A DNA stretch of 64,000 nt from an uncultured Planctomycetaceae bacterium. Lineage in GTDB: Bacteria; Planctomycetota; Planctomycetia; Isosphaerales; Isosphaeraceae. Below the pieces are notes generated by a model. The model was not told the DNA's origin, ran no database searches, and saw nothing but the letters and a program-made list of their open reading frames with translations. Shown here piece after piece: positions 1 through 10,567 of the stretch (position 1 is the stretch's first letter; each line of letters begins with the position of its first letter). The stretch is from assembly GCA_963833985.1 (NCBI GenBank), contig CAWIAD010000002.1:896001-960000 (forward strand). The letters are read 5' to 3'. The translations under genes were made by a program, and so were the position numbers.

Positions 1-1
1 C

Positions 2-241
2 TGCGACCCGGTCGGCGGCCTGGTCCAGGTCCCGTGCATCGAGCGTAACTCGATGGGCGCCGTCAAGGCGATCACGGCCGCTCACCTTGCCCTGGAAAGC
101 AACCCGGCCCAGGCCAGGGTCTCGCTGGACGCGGTGATTCGCTCCATGTGGGCCACGGCACTCGATATGAACACAAAATACAAGGAAACATCGGAAGGCG
201 GCCTGGCCGTGCAGATTCCCGTGAACGTGAGCGAATGCTGA
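2..241 (+). CDS. sdaA: L-serine ammonia-lyase (Fe-S), C-terminal part; 5' end lies outside the window
   Basis: Frame from nt 2 reads [26 protein letters not shown]...[10 protein letters not shown]...[15 protein letters not shown], the conserved C-terminus of SdaA/SdaB. Confidence 0.93.
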   Translation, partial: CDPVGGLVQVPCIERNSMGAVKAITAAHLALESNPAQARVSLDAVIRSMWATALDMNTKYKETSEGGLAVQIPVNVSEC

Positions 242-293
242 CGGAGAATACGGCAGGGGACGGCGCGGACCGGAGGGGAAGCACCCCGGCCGC

Positions 294-1574
294 TCACTCC
301 TTCTGCTCGGGTTTCTCGCGGAGCAGTGGCTGGCGGTTTGCCTGGAGCCGGGCAATCTCCTGGGTCACCTGAGCGACCTGGGCGGTTCCCAGGTGCACCC
401 CGACGTCGATGGTCATGTAGTGGCTTTCGCCCGGTGAGAGGACGGGGACGCGCCCGTGCTGGCGCTCGACGCGCCGGGTGTACGGATAGTTCGTTCCTGG
501 CTCGATGCCCACGACATAGCCGTCTTCCGGAGCGGTGGTATGTTTCCAGAGCGTCAGGTAGGGGAGTTCCTGGGTGTCGAACCGGAGTGATGCTCCCCGG
601 TCCGCTGCCTTGTTGTGGATCATGGCCAGGGTGCGCCCGCTCCGATCGACCAGCGGCTTGAGCAGATAAACCTGCTCGATGAACCCTGGCCTTGGCCCTC
701 CGAGCTGGTCGTACGTCTTGATGTCCTTGGCGGCGTGTTCGTTGAAGGGTGTGACCGTTTCCACGGGTGCCAGGAAGCGTGCGCCTTCTTCGAGGAGAGG
801 TGGTCCGAAGTTGGTGTGGTAAATCATCTCGAACTCCTGGCGCTGGCCCCCGTGATTGCTGACTGCATCGCTGATGCGGAACGACCGGGCACCAGGCTCG
901 ATGGAAAGCTCGCTGGTCAGATCCAGCTTGGGTCCGTTGAACGTGCGCTCATGAACGATCCCGCGCAAGGTCAACCGGTAAGGCGGCTCATGCTGAGCGA
1001 TGAGCCATACTTCCTGGGCCGGCAGGTTGGCTACCCGGCCGTGCAGCGTCAACTGCATCGTGCTCTCTTCGCCCATGTTGTTGATGAAGCGGTCGGTTCC
1101 AGGCTGGCCGTTCCATTCCATGCCGCAACGGCACAGCCACTCGTTGAAGCCATCAAGCCAGCCGAGGCCCCCACGGCTATTGAGATCAACGAAATTGGGA
1201 TGGACGATATCCTTGACCGGCGACTGCCAGCCAAGAACTTGCACGCTATCCGCGAGCACGGCCAGGATACCCAGGCCGCGTGTGGCGATGAGGCCGATGT
1301 TTAGCTTGCCATTGTCAATCCAGACCACGTTGACGCCTTCCTGCTTGCCTCCGAAGTAGCGGTACTTGCGCACCGACCAGGGGGTAGGACATTCGGGCAC
1401 GGCGTAGCGCGAGGCGATCATCTGCCGCCCGAACAGGAATGGGTCCACGTTCATGTTCTGGTTGGAGGAGATCAGCACCTGGCGGTAAGGTTCCTTGCCC
1501 CAACCCGGGTGGGCACCGGCAAGGAGGACGACCATGACCGTTGAAATGACAACGCTGTGCGGTAAGGTTCGCAT
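294..1574 (-). CDS. DUF4432 / aldose 1-epimerase-like protein with N-terminal signal peptide
   Basis: Motifs GWQSPVK, GGLGWLDGFNEWL, TLHGRVAN, YHTNFG, GIEPGTNYP. ATG 1574 gives a signal-peptide-like start (MRTLPHSVVISTVMVVLLAG); the longer ORF extension overlaps the MFS gene. Confidence 0.8.
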   Translation of the reverse strand: MRTLPHSVVISTVMVVLLAGAHPGWGKEPYRQVLISSNQNMNVDPFLFGRQMIASRYAVPECPTPWSVRKYRYFGGKQEGVNVVWIDNGKLNIGLIATRGLGILAVLADSVQVLGWQSPVKDIVHPNFVDLNSRGGLGWLDGFNEWLCRCGMEWNGQPGTDRFINNMGEESTMQLTLHGRVANLPAQEVWLIAQHEPPYRLTLRGIVHERTFNGPKLDLTSELSIEPGARSFRISDAVSNHGGQRQEFEMIYHTNFGPPLLEEGARFLAPVETVTPFNEHAAKDIKTYDQLGGPRPGFIEQVYLLKPLVDRSGRTLAMIHNKAADRGASLRFDTQELPYLTLWKHTTAPEDGYVVGIEPGTNYPYTRRVERQHGRVPVLSPGESHYMTIDVGVHLGTAQVAQVTQEIARLQANRQPLLREKPEQKE

Positions 1575-1666
1575 GGGCGGGCACACTCCCGGGGAGATGC
1601 ACGAAGCGGCGCAAGGCCGGGGATCTCTCTGGGAGTGTATGCGATTGGCGTTGGAACTGGGAAGTC

Positions 1667-3168
1667 TCAGACAGGCTCTTCCAGCCTCACCGGCTCCGGG
1701 GCCACAGCCGCTTTTCTGCCGATGCCCAGGCCGATGATGATCATGGTGGACAGGATCATCGACCCGGCCAGGAATTCCAGCCCGTGACTGTAGGAACCTG
1801 TGGAGTCGCGCACGATGCCAACGACGGTGGGGCCAAACAGGCCCCCCAGGTTGCCGAAGGAGTTCACCAGGCCGATACTCGCCGCGGCTGCGGAGGCCGA
1901 CATGAGCTCGCTGGGCAGCGTCCAGAACGCTGGTAGGTAGGCCTTCGACCCGGTCATCGCCAGCGTGAACAAGACGATGGTCAGCCATGGTAAACCCTGG
2001 CTTCTGGGCGTGAACACAAGAGCTACCGCTCCGAAGATGATTGGCAGCGATGCATGCCAGCGCCGCTCGCGCGTACGGTCGGAGTTCCAGCCCACGAAGA
2101 TCTGTCCCAGCAGGGAGCCAATGGCCGGGACGATCACCAGCCAGGAGAGTCTTTGAATGTCGAGCTGGTACCAGTCCTTCAGGATGGAGGCCATGTACAT
2201 CTCGATGCCGTAGTTTCCGGTAACCACGAAGAGGTACGCCACAGCAAGGGCCAGGATTCTGGGGTGGGCCAGCGCCTGGATGACGGACATGTGGCCTGTC
2301 TGGGCCACGTGCTCGTGCTTCTCGCGAAGCAGTTCTTCCGACAATGCCTCACGCTCCTCCTCGCTCAGCCAGTGCGCCTCGCGGGGCCAGTCGGGAAGGG
2401 TGGCCAGCACGATCAGGCCGAGGATGACAGCGGGAGCTCCCCAGGCGATGTAGACCCACTGCCAGCCGACAAGGCCCAGGATAGGAGGCGTGCCCCCCGT
2501 GCCAATGGCCATGATGGCTCCGCAGATGGGCGGACCAAGGATCTGGGCGATGGGCGTGCCGATGAAAAACCAGGCGAGTGCCCGGGACCGGTCACGGCGG
2601 GGGAACCAGTGGGTCAGGTAGACGATCACGCCGGGATAGAAGCCGGCCTCGGCCAGCCCGAGCAGGAAGCGAATGCCCCAGAACTGGAAGATGTAGACGG
2701 CCCCCGGTGTCCCGAGCTGGTCGACCAGGCTCTGGGCCAGCCGGCTGACGCCACCAAGCTGAGCCCGGGCCAGTGGCTCAAGCACCTGGGCGGTGAGCCG
2801 GACGACCCAGGAGACCACCGTGCTGACTCCGGGTACCTGATAATGGATGAACGCGGTCATGGCCGCGATAATTCCCCACGCGACCATCGTGCCGCTGATC
2901 CACTTGCGCCACTCCATTTTTCCACCAGGAGCGTGCCGGGAATGGCCAGAATCAGGTAGCCGACGAAGAAGATCCCCATGCCGAAACCAAAGGCACTTTC
3001 CGAGAACCCGAGCTTCCCCAGGTCATCCTGCATATTCAGCTTGGCCAGGCTAACGTTCACACGGTCCACATACGCGATCACGTAGCAGAAGAACAGGAGA
3101 GGCAAAAGGTGCCAGAAGGCCCTGGAACGAGCCCGATCCAGTGCGCTGAAAGAGTTTGCCAGGGACAT
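1667..3168 (-). CDS. MFS transporter, anion:cation symporter (tartrate/phthalate-like) family; frameshift near 2909
   Basis: N-part (2857..3186 frame) AYVDRVNVS...GIFFVGY joins C-part (1667..2917 frame) RKWISG...RFLLGLAEAGFYPG...YLTHWFP...NSFGNLGG. One base is missing in the expected VEKWSARKW. Confidence 0.88.
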
Positions 3169-3261
3169 GATCGGTGCTCGCCTCACGGGTTGGAGAGAGA
3201 GGGGACCGGAACGGTGACCTGCCTTGTGAAACTGGAACCGAGAATGGCCAGAGACGGTTCG

Positions 3262-5892
3262 TCAGGGCACGACGGCTTCGACCCGGCCCAGGCCCACGTC
3301 GATGTACTGGCCGCCGCTGGTCTGGCGGCAATGCACGGCCAGGCTGTTTCGACCGGGGCGGAGCGCCTTGAGCGCCTCCGGGTGAATGCGCAGGGGTTGA
3401 TAATCACTGGTGTATCCACCGGCCCGAGCGGCCAGCACGCCATTGAGATAGACTTCGGCGTCTTCATCATGGTGGACGATCAGCCGCAACGCGCTGGGGT
3501 CTGCTCGAAGGGCCGCTTCGGGGATGTCAAGATCGCGGCGCAGCCAGATCTGGGGGGTGTTCCAGAGAGTGCGGACCTCGGCCCCCGGTGTGCCGGCCGT
3601 GCCAAATCCGCCAGATGCCTGCTTCCAGGTGCGGTCGTCAAATGCCCGTGCCATCCAGTCCGCGGCGGGTGGCTGGGTGGTATACCGCCAGGACGTATCC
3701 TGCTCGCGGGCTGTGGGAACGATGGGGATGAGGCGGCGCATCAGGGGTAAGGGCGCCCAGTCATTGCCCTCTCCCGGTGCATTGCGGCGGGCGAGGGCGA
3801 TGCAGGTTCGCCAGTAGGGCTTCGCTTCGGTGAGCAGGCGGATGAAGATGCCGCCGATCACGGGACGTGCGTGCATTCCAGCGTCCTTGCCGCTATCGGT
3901 CCAGTAAAAGTCTGAGAAAGGCACCCGATCGGGCGTTTCGTTGACGAACCGGTAGAGCGGGTCAGTGAGCCGTTCAAAGGTGGCACGGTCCGGCGCCAGC
4001 GTGGCGGTCCAGACGAGCCAGTCGCTCTTGGTGAACAGCTTGCGCGAATCCAGAGGGAGGCCAAACTTCCCGACCACGGACGGGTAAAACGCCAGCTCCT
4101 TGCTGGCCACGTCCTCGGGAAACACCTTCAGGCCGAGGATGCGATCCCAGACCAGATTGTACTTCTGGCTCCAGGTTGCCGTCGGGTTGAAGGTGAGCCG
4201 GAAATGGTCTCCCTCGGCAGCCATCCCCACCCACTTTCCGGCCAGGGTCCGGGCAAGCTCGGCATAGTGGTCTGCCGTGGCCTGGTCACCGCGCATGGCG
4301 GCAAGCTTGCCGTAACACGCCAGACCCAGGATGGCCTTGATGGACAGGTTGGCGTTGCGTGCCAGGTGGCCGGCGAAGTCATCCGTGCAAAGCTGGTTGG
4401 CCGGGTCGAAGCCGTGGTCCTCACAGTATTTCGCCCACTGGGTGAGCTGTGGCCAGTACTTCCCCGCGAAGTTCGCATTGTCCTCGGCCTGCGCAATGGC
4501 GGCGACCATGATCAGCATGTTGCCGCTCTCTTCCACGGGCATCTGGTTCTCTTCGGTTCGCTCTCCACCGCCATAGACCTGGCCCGTGGCGGCCGGATAT
4601 GTCCCCAGGTCGTGCGGGGCGAATGGAAACTTCCAGCGCGGTGAGGCTGCGTAGTCGAGCACGGGAACCAGCGAGGCCTTGGCCAGGAGCGGATTGAAGA
4701 GTAGGAGGTGCGGGAACTGCGGGTAGATCACATCCACCGTGGCAATGCAGCCGTTGCTCGTATTCTCCTTGGGGAACCACAGGGGCATGCCGCTGGCGTC
4801 GGCCACCAGCTTGCCGCCCGCCAGCGATTGGCGATGCGCCAGAACGGCCAGCCGCGCATACTTCGCACCGGCGGCCTGCTCCAGCACGCCGGCCAGCTCA
4901 CGGTCGAAGTAAGCGCAATAGTTGTCGAAGACAGAGCGGCTCAGGTGGTGTTTGAGCAGGAGCAGGCTGAACGTCTTGGCCGTTTCCTTGGCCCTGCCGT
5001 AGCTACGCAGCCAGTCGCCCATGTAGTCGATGGCGTAGATGTCGTCATAAGCGAGCATGGCGACAGCCGTGCGCGGGGTGTTCGGCTCCACGGTCTCCAG
5101 CGGCATGACCACGGCCAGAGTGGGCGTCTGGTCGTCGGCACGGCGCGGCTGGCGCGGGTCATCGGTGGCAGGAACCGTTCCCGTCTGAAGGAAGGTCCCG
5201 GTCAGGGCATCCGCCGCACCGCTGGCCAGAACCCCGTGTTCCTCACCGGTCGCCAGGTAAAGATATCCCCAATCGATCCGTGTTTGATCTCCCCGGCGCT
5301 GGAGGACCGGCTGCTCCTGGGTGCCCAGCTTGAGGGCCTTGACGGCTCCGGATTGTTCACGTGACCAGACCACAGCCTGATCCGAGGAATGCACGGCAAG
5401 CTGGGCGGCCGCACTGAAATAGACGGCCACCTGGTGAGCTTTCTGGTCTCGGCTTTGCACGCGCCAGGTGAGGTAAGTCACAGGGCTGGACATCATGTCG
5501 AGATTGGTGGGCACGGCGAGGTTCAGGAAGGTGAGCTCCACCCGCACCGAGCTGGCCTCGAAGGTATAGATCGTCCGCGTCGGCCGAACCTCCACCGAGA
5601 TCTGCGCCATGGCCGGCACGGCCTTGGGCTCCGGGCCGATCAAGCGGTAGGCTTGCCCGTCAATCCGGATCAACCCCGTCAGCGGCATCGGCACCTTGGT
5701 CCAGTGCCGGGTCACGTCGTCGGTCAGATGATCCGCCATGGACCAGACGCTGAAGTAAGGGTCATGAGCCACAAGCGGCACCGCCGGCGGCCGGAAGCCC
5801 TCTGGAGCAAGCGGATACGGATCGTCGGCCAGAGCCTGAGGCACGTACAGCAGGATAGCCAGGACCGGCACCAGGAATGTCAGCTTGTGCAT
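3262..5892 (-). CDS. Secreted GtaA-like (DUF5127/DUF4965/DUF1793) protein with C-terminal beta-sandwich sugar-binding-like domain
   Basis: Signal peptide [15 protein letters not shown]; motifs [67 protein letters not shown]-terminal [11 protein letters not shown]...GGQYIDVG. Confidence 0.85.
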   Translation of the reverse strand: MHKLTFLVPVLAILLYVPQALADDPYPLAPEGFRPPAVPLVAHDPYFSVWSMADHLTDDVTRHWTKVPMPLTGLIRIDGQAYRLIGPEPKAVPAMAQISVEVRPTRTIYTFEASSVRVELTFLNLAVPTNLDMMSSPVTYLTWRVQSRDQKAHQVAVYFSAAAQLAVHSSDQAVVWSREQSGAVKALKLGTQEQPVLQRRGDQTRIDWGYLYLATGEEHGVLASGAADALTGTFLQTGTVPATDDPRQPRRADDQTPTLAVVMPLETVEPNTPRTAVAMLAYDDIYAIDYMGDWLRSYGRAKETAKTFSLLLLKHHLSRSVFDNYCAYFDRELAGVLEQAAGAKYARLAVLAHRQSLAGGKLVADASGMPLWFPKENTSNGCIATVDVIYPQFPHLLLFNPLLAKASLVPVLDYAASPRWKFPFAPHDLGTYPAATGQVYGGGERTEENQMPVEESGNMLIMVAAIAQAEDNANFAGKYWPQLTQWAKYCEDHGFDPANQLCTDDFAGHLARNANLSIKAILGLACYGKLAAMRGDQATADHYAELARTLAGKWVGMAAEGDHFRLTFNPTATWSQKYNLVWDRILGLKVFPEDVASKELAFYPSVVGKFGLPLDSRKLFTKSDWLVWTATLAPDRATFERLTDPLYRFVNETPDRVPFSDFYWTDSGKDAGMHARPVIGGIFIRLLTEAKPYWRTCIALARRNAPGEGNDWAPLPLMRRLIPIVPTAREQDTSWRYTTQPPAADWMARAFDDRTWKQASGGFGTAGTPGAEVRTLWNTPQIWLRRDLDIPEAALRADPSALRLIVHHDEDAEVYLNGVLAARAGGYTSDYQPLRIHPEALKALRPGRNSLAVHCRQTSGGQYIDVGLGRVEAVVP

Positions 5893-6093
5893 GAGACTCT
5901 CTCGCGGACGCAGAAACCTGGGGTATGAGCTTCTCCGATGGTAGTACCTGCAAGGCTGCGATGCCACCGGCCAGTGTCCACACCAATCCATGGCCGAGCG
6001 TTTTCCCGCAAAGAGCCGTTCCCGAACCGCGCCCGCGACCCTAAGCTGTATGCAAGGCGAACCCTGTGAAAATAGCGATCGGCGAATGGCTCC

Positions 6094-7047
6094 ATGACAA
6101 AACTCTGCTCCTTGCTGGCCGGTTCCGCACTGCTCATCACGCTGGCGCTGAGCGCAGGCTTCACGGCCCTGGCCCCTGAATCCGGCGCCGGTACTCAGGC
6201 CGGTGATCAGAGCCAGGTCGGACAGTCGTTCCGGGTACCCTACCGGCTTACCGACACCAATCATTTCCTGGTGCGCGTCCGGATCAACGGCAAGGGACCG
6301 TTCAACTTCCTGGTGGATACCGGGGCACCAGCGCTCTACATCGCCACCGAGACCGCCGCCCAGGTGGGGCTCAAACCCGTCAAGGGCGAGTTCTGGACGG
6401 TTGTAGACCGGCTGGAGCTTGAAGGAGGTGCCCGCCTGCCGGGCATCAAAGCCCGTGTGGAAGACCCATTCCAGCTCGTCGGCATGAATGCCCTGGGACT
6501 TCCGGGGGCTTCCATTCACGGCATCCTCGGATTCACGATCCTTGCCCGCTTCCGGATGGAGATCGATCCCTCGCGCGACGTCATGGTCTGGACTCGGCTG
6601 AAGTATGAGCCGCCCGACCCACCCGTTCCGCCCCGGGCCGAGGGCAACGGCGAAGGCGCTCCGGCAGAAATCCGGGTCATGAACGCCCTGGGACCGCTGG
6701 CCAAGGGCCTGGCATTTTTCATGGGCAAGCAGCCTGAGGAGGAGCGCCGGCCCCGCGGATTTCTCGGCCTGGAATGGGCCGAGGTGAATGGCACAGCACC
6801 GGGCCAGTCCGCCGTCGAGGTCCGCCGGATCATGCCGGGCTCACCTGCCTCGAAAGTGGATATCCGGCCGGGTGACCAGATCATTCGCGCTGGCGGCCGC
6901 GCAGTCTCCAGCATCAAGGCGGCCCGGTCCGCTCTGGCCGAGCTTGAGCCCGGTACGGCCGTTGAGCTGGTCGTGCGGCGAGGCGGCACAAATGGCGGCA
7001 ACCCGCGTGAGCGCACCGTGACCGTCATTGCCGGGGAGGGGTTCTAG
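6094..7047 (+). CDS. Retropepsin-like aspartyl protease with C-terminal PDZ domain, signal peptide
   Basis: [33 protein letters not shown]...PGSPA...IRPGDQI. Confidence 0.85.
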   Translation: MTKLCSLLAGSALLITLALSAGFTALAPESGAGTQAGDQSQVGQSFRVPYRLTDTNHFLVRVRINGKGPFNFLVDTGAPALYIATETAAQVGLKPVKGEFWTVVDRLELEGGARLPGIKARVEDPFQLVGMNALGLPGASIHGILGFTILARFRMEIDPSRDVMVWTRLKYEPPDPPVPPRAEGNGEGAPAEIRVMNALGPLAKGLAFFMGKQPEEERRPRGFLGLEWAEVNGTAPGQSAVEVRRIMPGSPASKVDIRPGDQIIRAGGRAVSSIKAARSALAELEPGTAVELVVRRGGTNGGNPRERTVTVIAGEGF

Positions 7048-7953
7048 ATGATCGGCAAGTGCAGCGCCTGGCGGGTGGCTGTTGGTACGGGTCTGACCGC
7101 GCTGCTCACCGGCGCGATCGCGCTGGGCCTGGGGTTGACCCTGGTCCGGGCGGGCCTCGACCCCCAGGCACCCCCACCGGCATCCAGGCCCGCAGCCGCG
7201 CACGCCCGAGCCGTCGTGCCGTTCACGATGCTTGCCTCGAACCACATGACGGTGGAAGCGAGGATCAATGGTAAGGGCCCCTACCGCCTGATCTTCGATC
7301 TGGGGGCACCCATCACCCTGTTGAGCAACCGGGCCAGCGAAGCTTCAGGGGTAGTGAAGGCCGATGCACCCCGGTCGTTTCTGTTCTCGATGCGCGGGGA
7401 AGCCGAGGTCGAGAAGCTCCAGGTCGGTGAGCTGACCGCGACGAAGCTGCCGGTGTTCGTCTTCGACCACCCGGCGCTGAAGATCCTGAGCGAGGCTCTT
7501 GGCGATCGCCTGGATGGAATCATCGGGTTCACGTTCTTCGCCCACTACCGGACGACCATCGATTACCAGGCAAGCACCATGACCTTCGAGCCGGTGGACT
7601 TTGCCGTCCGTGACCTGATCCGCGATCTTCCTGACCGGCTCATGGGCCCCAAGATGGCTCACCACCGTGTGCTTGCGCCCCAGGGCCTCTGGGGCGTGCG
7701 TCTGGCGAAGCCCGAAGGAAGGGACACGTCCGCGGGCGTCCCCATCGCCGAGGTTCATCCCGGATCGTCCGCGGCGGTCGCGGGCCTGAAATCGGGCGAT
7801 GTTCTGACGACGATCGATGACCGCTGGACGACGTCAATTGCCGACGTCTATGCGGCCGCGGCTGCCGTCAAGCCGGGCCAGGCCATCCGCGTGGTCATCC
7901 TCCGTGACGGCAAGGAACAGACGCAGACGGTGCACCCGGCCGACGGTCTCTGA
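7048..7953 (+). CDS. Paralogous retropepsin-like aspartyl protease-PDZ protein with atypical D-L-G motif
   Basis: [32 protein letters not shown]...[16 protein letters not shown]. Starts immediately after the upstream stop codon. Confidence 0.8.
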   Translation: MIGKCSAWRVAVGTGLTALLTGAIALGLGLTLVRAGLDPQAPPPASRPAAAHARAVVPFTMLASNHMTVEARINGKGPYRLIFDLGAPITLLSNRASEASGVVKADAPRSFLFSMRGEAEVEKLQVGELTATKLPVFVFDHPALKILSEALGDRLDGIIGFTFFAHYRTTIDYQASTMTFEPVDFAVRDLIRDLPDRLMGPKMAHHRVLAPQGLWGVRLAKPEGRDTSAGVPIAEVHPGSSAAVAGLKSGDVLTTIDDRWTTSIADVYAAAAAVKPGQAIRVVILRDGKEQTQTVHPADGL

Positions 7954-7994
7954 GACTGAGCACGCTCGATGGCGACACGGGCCCACGATTCCCG

Positions 7995-8885
7995 ATGCCC
8001 GAACTTCCCGATATCACCGTCTACATCGAGGCGCTCGAAAAGCGCATCATTGGCCAGACCCTGGAGCGGATTCGCGTCAACAGTCCATTCCTGGTCCGGA
8101 CGTTTGACCCGCCCCTGGAAGCCGTCTTCTCCAGGACCGTCCAGCAACTTCGGCGCGCTGGTAAACGCATTGCCATCGGCCTTGACGACGAGCTCTGGCT
8201 GGTCCTGCACCTGATGATCGCGGGCCGGCTGCACTGGAAGCCGCGGGGCGTCAAGATTGGCGGCAAGCTGAACCTGGCGGCCTTTGATTTCCCGGGCGGC
8301 AGCCTGCTCTTGACGGAGGCGGGCACGAAGCGGCGCGCATCGCTGCACCTGGTACGCGGTGAGGCAGCCGTGCGTGCCCAGGACCCGGGCGGGCTGGACG
8401 TCCTGAACGCGGAGCTGGCTGCTTTTCAGGAGGTCTTGAAGAGCCGCAATCACACGCTCAAGCGGGCCCTCACCGATCCGCACCTGTTCAGCGGGATCGG
8501 CAACGCCTACTCCGATGAGATCCTGCACCGCGCGAAGCTATCGCCGCTGGCCCTCACACAGAAGCTCGCGGGCGCGGATGTGGAACGGCTATACGAGGCC
8601 ATCCGGCTGGTGCTCCGGGAGTGGATCAGACGGCTCCGGCTCGAGACCGGCGATGGTTTCCCCGAAAAGGTAACCGCCTTCCGGCCTCAGATGGCGGTGC
8701 ATGGCCGCTATGGAGAACCCTGCCCGGTCTGTGCCGCTCCCGTGCAGCGGATCCGCTACGCCGATAACGAGACGAATTACTGCCCTGGCTGCCAGACGAA
8801 TGGCCGGATCCTGGCCGACCGCTCCCTCTCGCGGCTTCTGAAAGACGACTGGCCGCGCAACCTGGACGAGCTGGACGCGTCGTGA
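7995..8885 (+). CDS. Fpg/Nei family DNA glycosylase/AP lyase
   Basis: N-terminal [14 protein letters not shown]2TH motif [12 protein letters not shown], zinc finger CPVC...YCPGCQ. Confidence 0.92.
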   Translation: MPELPDITVYIEALEKRIIGQTLERIRVNSPFLVRTFDPPLEAVFSRTVQQLRRAGKRIAIGLDDELWLVLHLMIAGRLHWKPRGVKIGGKLNLAAFDFPGGSLLLTEAGTKRRASLHLVRGEAAVRAQDPGGLDVLNAELAAFQEVLKSRNHTLKRALTDPHLFSGIGNAYSDEILHRAKLSPLALTQKLAGADVERLYEAIRLVLREWIRRLRLETGDGFPEKVTAFRPQMAVHGRYGEPCPVCAAPVQRIRYADNETNYCPGCQTNGRILADRSLSRLLKDDWPRNLDELDAS

Positions 8886-8976
8886 CGATCGGCGCGGCCA
8901 ACGTCGGCTCAGCCTGCGGCCCAGTGCATAAATCGCGCACCTCGGTGGTTCATCCGGCTCTTCCAGGGGAATGGAT

Positions 8977-10188
8977 TTAGCTCTTCAGTCCCTCGAGATC
9001 GGGTGTGAGCGGTTCACCTTTGCTCATCAGCTCATTCCAGGTCACCTCGCGGCCCTGGTAGGCGGCGGTGCGGCCGAGGATTGCGGTGAGGTTGGAGCGC
9101 ACCGAGGGAACGACCGTGGGATTGTCGTACCGTGAGCCGGTGATCGCGTTGTAGAAGCTTTCGATGTTGCGCTGGGCGCCCGTGGTGTAGAGGTTCGTCA
9201 TCCGGCCCCCCTCATAAGGGTGTTTGCCCCGGATGCTCACATCGCCTGTGTAGTCAGTATCGGCAATGCCCTGGCTGCCATAGACCAGGCAGCGAATCTC
9301 GTCGGGGGCACCGGGAACGTTCTTCTGGGACGCGAAGCTCACCTGGAAATTGTTCGGGAAGGTATAGACCACCGCGAAGTGGCCCCAGGTGTCGCCGTAC
9401 CTGCGCGTCGACCGGCTGCCCGTTCCAACGGCCTTGATGGGATCTGCATCGGCGAACCAGGTGGCGACGTCTATCGCGTGGATGTCCTGCTCCACAATGA
9501 CGTCACCGCACAGTGCCCGGGTCTGGTACCAGAGGCGCAGCCGCTCCTCGGAGTTGGCAGCCGCGTGATCGTCGTGCACGGTGCCGGCCCAGGGATAGCT
9601 TGCCACGGCGCTCTCGAGCGCGCCGATGTCGCCCTGGTGTACGCGCCGCAGGGTCTCGATGTAGTGCTCATTGGCCCGTGTCTGAAAGTCGATCAGGTAG
9701 ACGAGCTTGCTGGCGGTTGCCTTCTTTCCTGCCCTGGCAATCGTGAGGCAGCCGGGAACGTCCACGGCCATGGGCTTGGCCAGGTAAACATGCTTGCCGG
9801 CGTCCACGGCGGCTGCGGCCTGTTCAGGATGGAAGTAGGGCGGGCTCTCGATCACCACGGCGTCGAGCGGCTCGTCGAGCAACCGCTTGTATGCGGAGAG
9901 CGTGGTGAATTGCCGTGCAGGTTCAACCTTGAACCGTTCGCCGAATGATCGGACGCGGTCTGGAAAGTAATCGGCACAGGCGACGAACCGGTACTGCCCG
10001 GTGCGGGCGAACAGGTCGGCGATCCAGGTGCCGCGTCCCCCGCAGCCGATCATGCCCAGGCGCACCACCGAGTTGGCTTTCGAGCCCAGCGCCAGGGCGG
10101 GACTGACCAGGGAGACAGTGGCCGCCAGCGAAGCTCCCGAGAGAAATTGACGACGTTTGATGGATCCTGATACTCCGGATGCGTCCAT
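8977..10188 (-). CDS. Gfo/Idh/MocA family oxidoreductase with Tat signal
   Basis: KRRQFL Tat motif; GMIGCGGRG Rossmann fold; KHVYLAKP; EQDIHAID. Confidence 0.88.
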   Translation of the reverse strand: MDASGVSGSIKRRQFLSGASLAATVSLVSPALALGSKANSVVRLGMIGCGGRGTWIADLFARTGQYRFVACADYFPDRVRSFGERFKVEPARQFTTLSAYKRLLDEPLDAVVIESPPYFHPEQAAAAVDAGKHVYLAKPMAVDVPGCLTIARAGKKATASKLVYLIDFQTRANEHYIETLRRVHQGDIGALESAVASYPWAGTVHDDHAAANSEERLRLWYQTRALCGDVIVEQDIHAIDVATWFADADPIKAVGTGSRSTRRYGDTWGHFAVVYTFPNNFQVSFASQKNVPGAPDEIRCLVYGSQGIADTDYTGDVSIRGKHPYEGGRMTNLYTTGAQRNIESFYNAITGSRYDNPTVVPSVRSNLTAILGRTAAYQGREVTWNELMSKGEPLTPDLEGLKS

Positions 10189-10300
10189 GGTGTCACTCCT
10201 TCGTAACAATGAAATGAAATCGTCAGTCAGCCACGTTCGGTCTGGCGGGACTCATGGGGCGTGCCACGGTGCGTCGCGGTGTCCTGACCCTGAGACTGTC

Positions 10301-10329
10301 TTGCCCCAGGGTCAAGGTCAAGGGATAAT
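10301..10329 (+). promoter_or_regulatory. Candidate sigma70-type promoter for the large GH2-like gene
   Basis: TTGCCC (10301-10306), 17-nt spacer, GATAAT (10324-10329), in the divergent intergenic region. Confidence 0.45.
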
Positions 10330-10567
10330 CGGCGTGGAGACATATTTTGGACCAACCTGCGCCCGCTGGCCGGTTGTCTACCCAGGTGCGGGCGGCATGA
10401 GATCATGGCGCGTACCTGCTGTTGGTCCTGGCCCCACTGCACCCCGCCTGAGCCTCGTCGAAGCGATGCCGCCTCGAGCTCATCACGCCACGCCACCGAC
10501 GTACTGACCACGCATCCAGCGTCCCTGGACGACTTCTCCCAGGAATTCCAAGAGGTGGGCAGCAGAA

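Noticed and set aside
5893..6519. N-terminal extension of the 1085-aa ORF (also those of 294..1988, 46663..48933, 59230..60198)
   Set aside because: The extensions overlap neighbouring genes or regulatory DNA; downstream starts give proper signal peptides or domain starts
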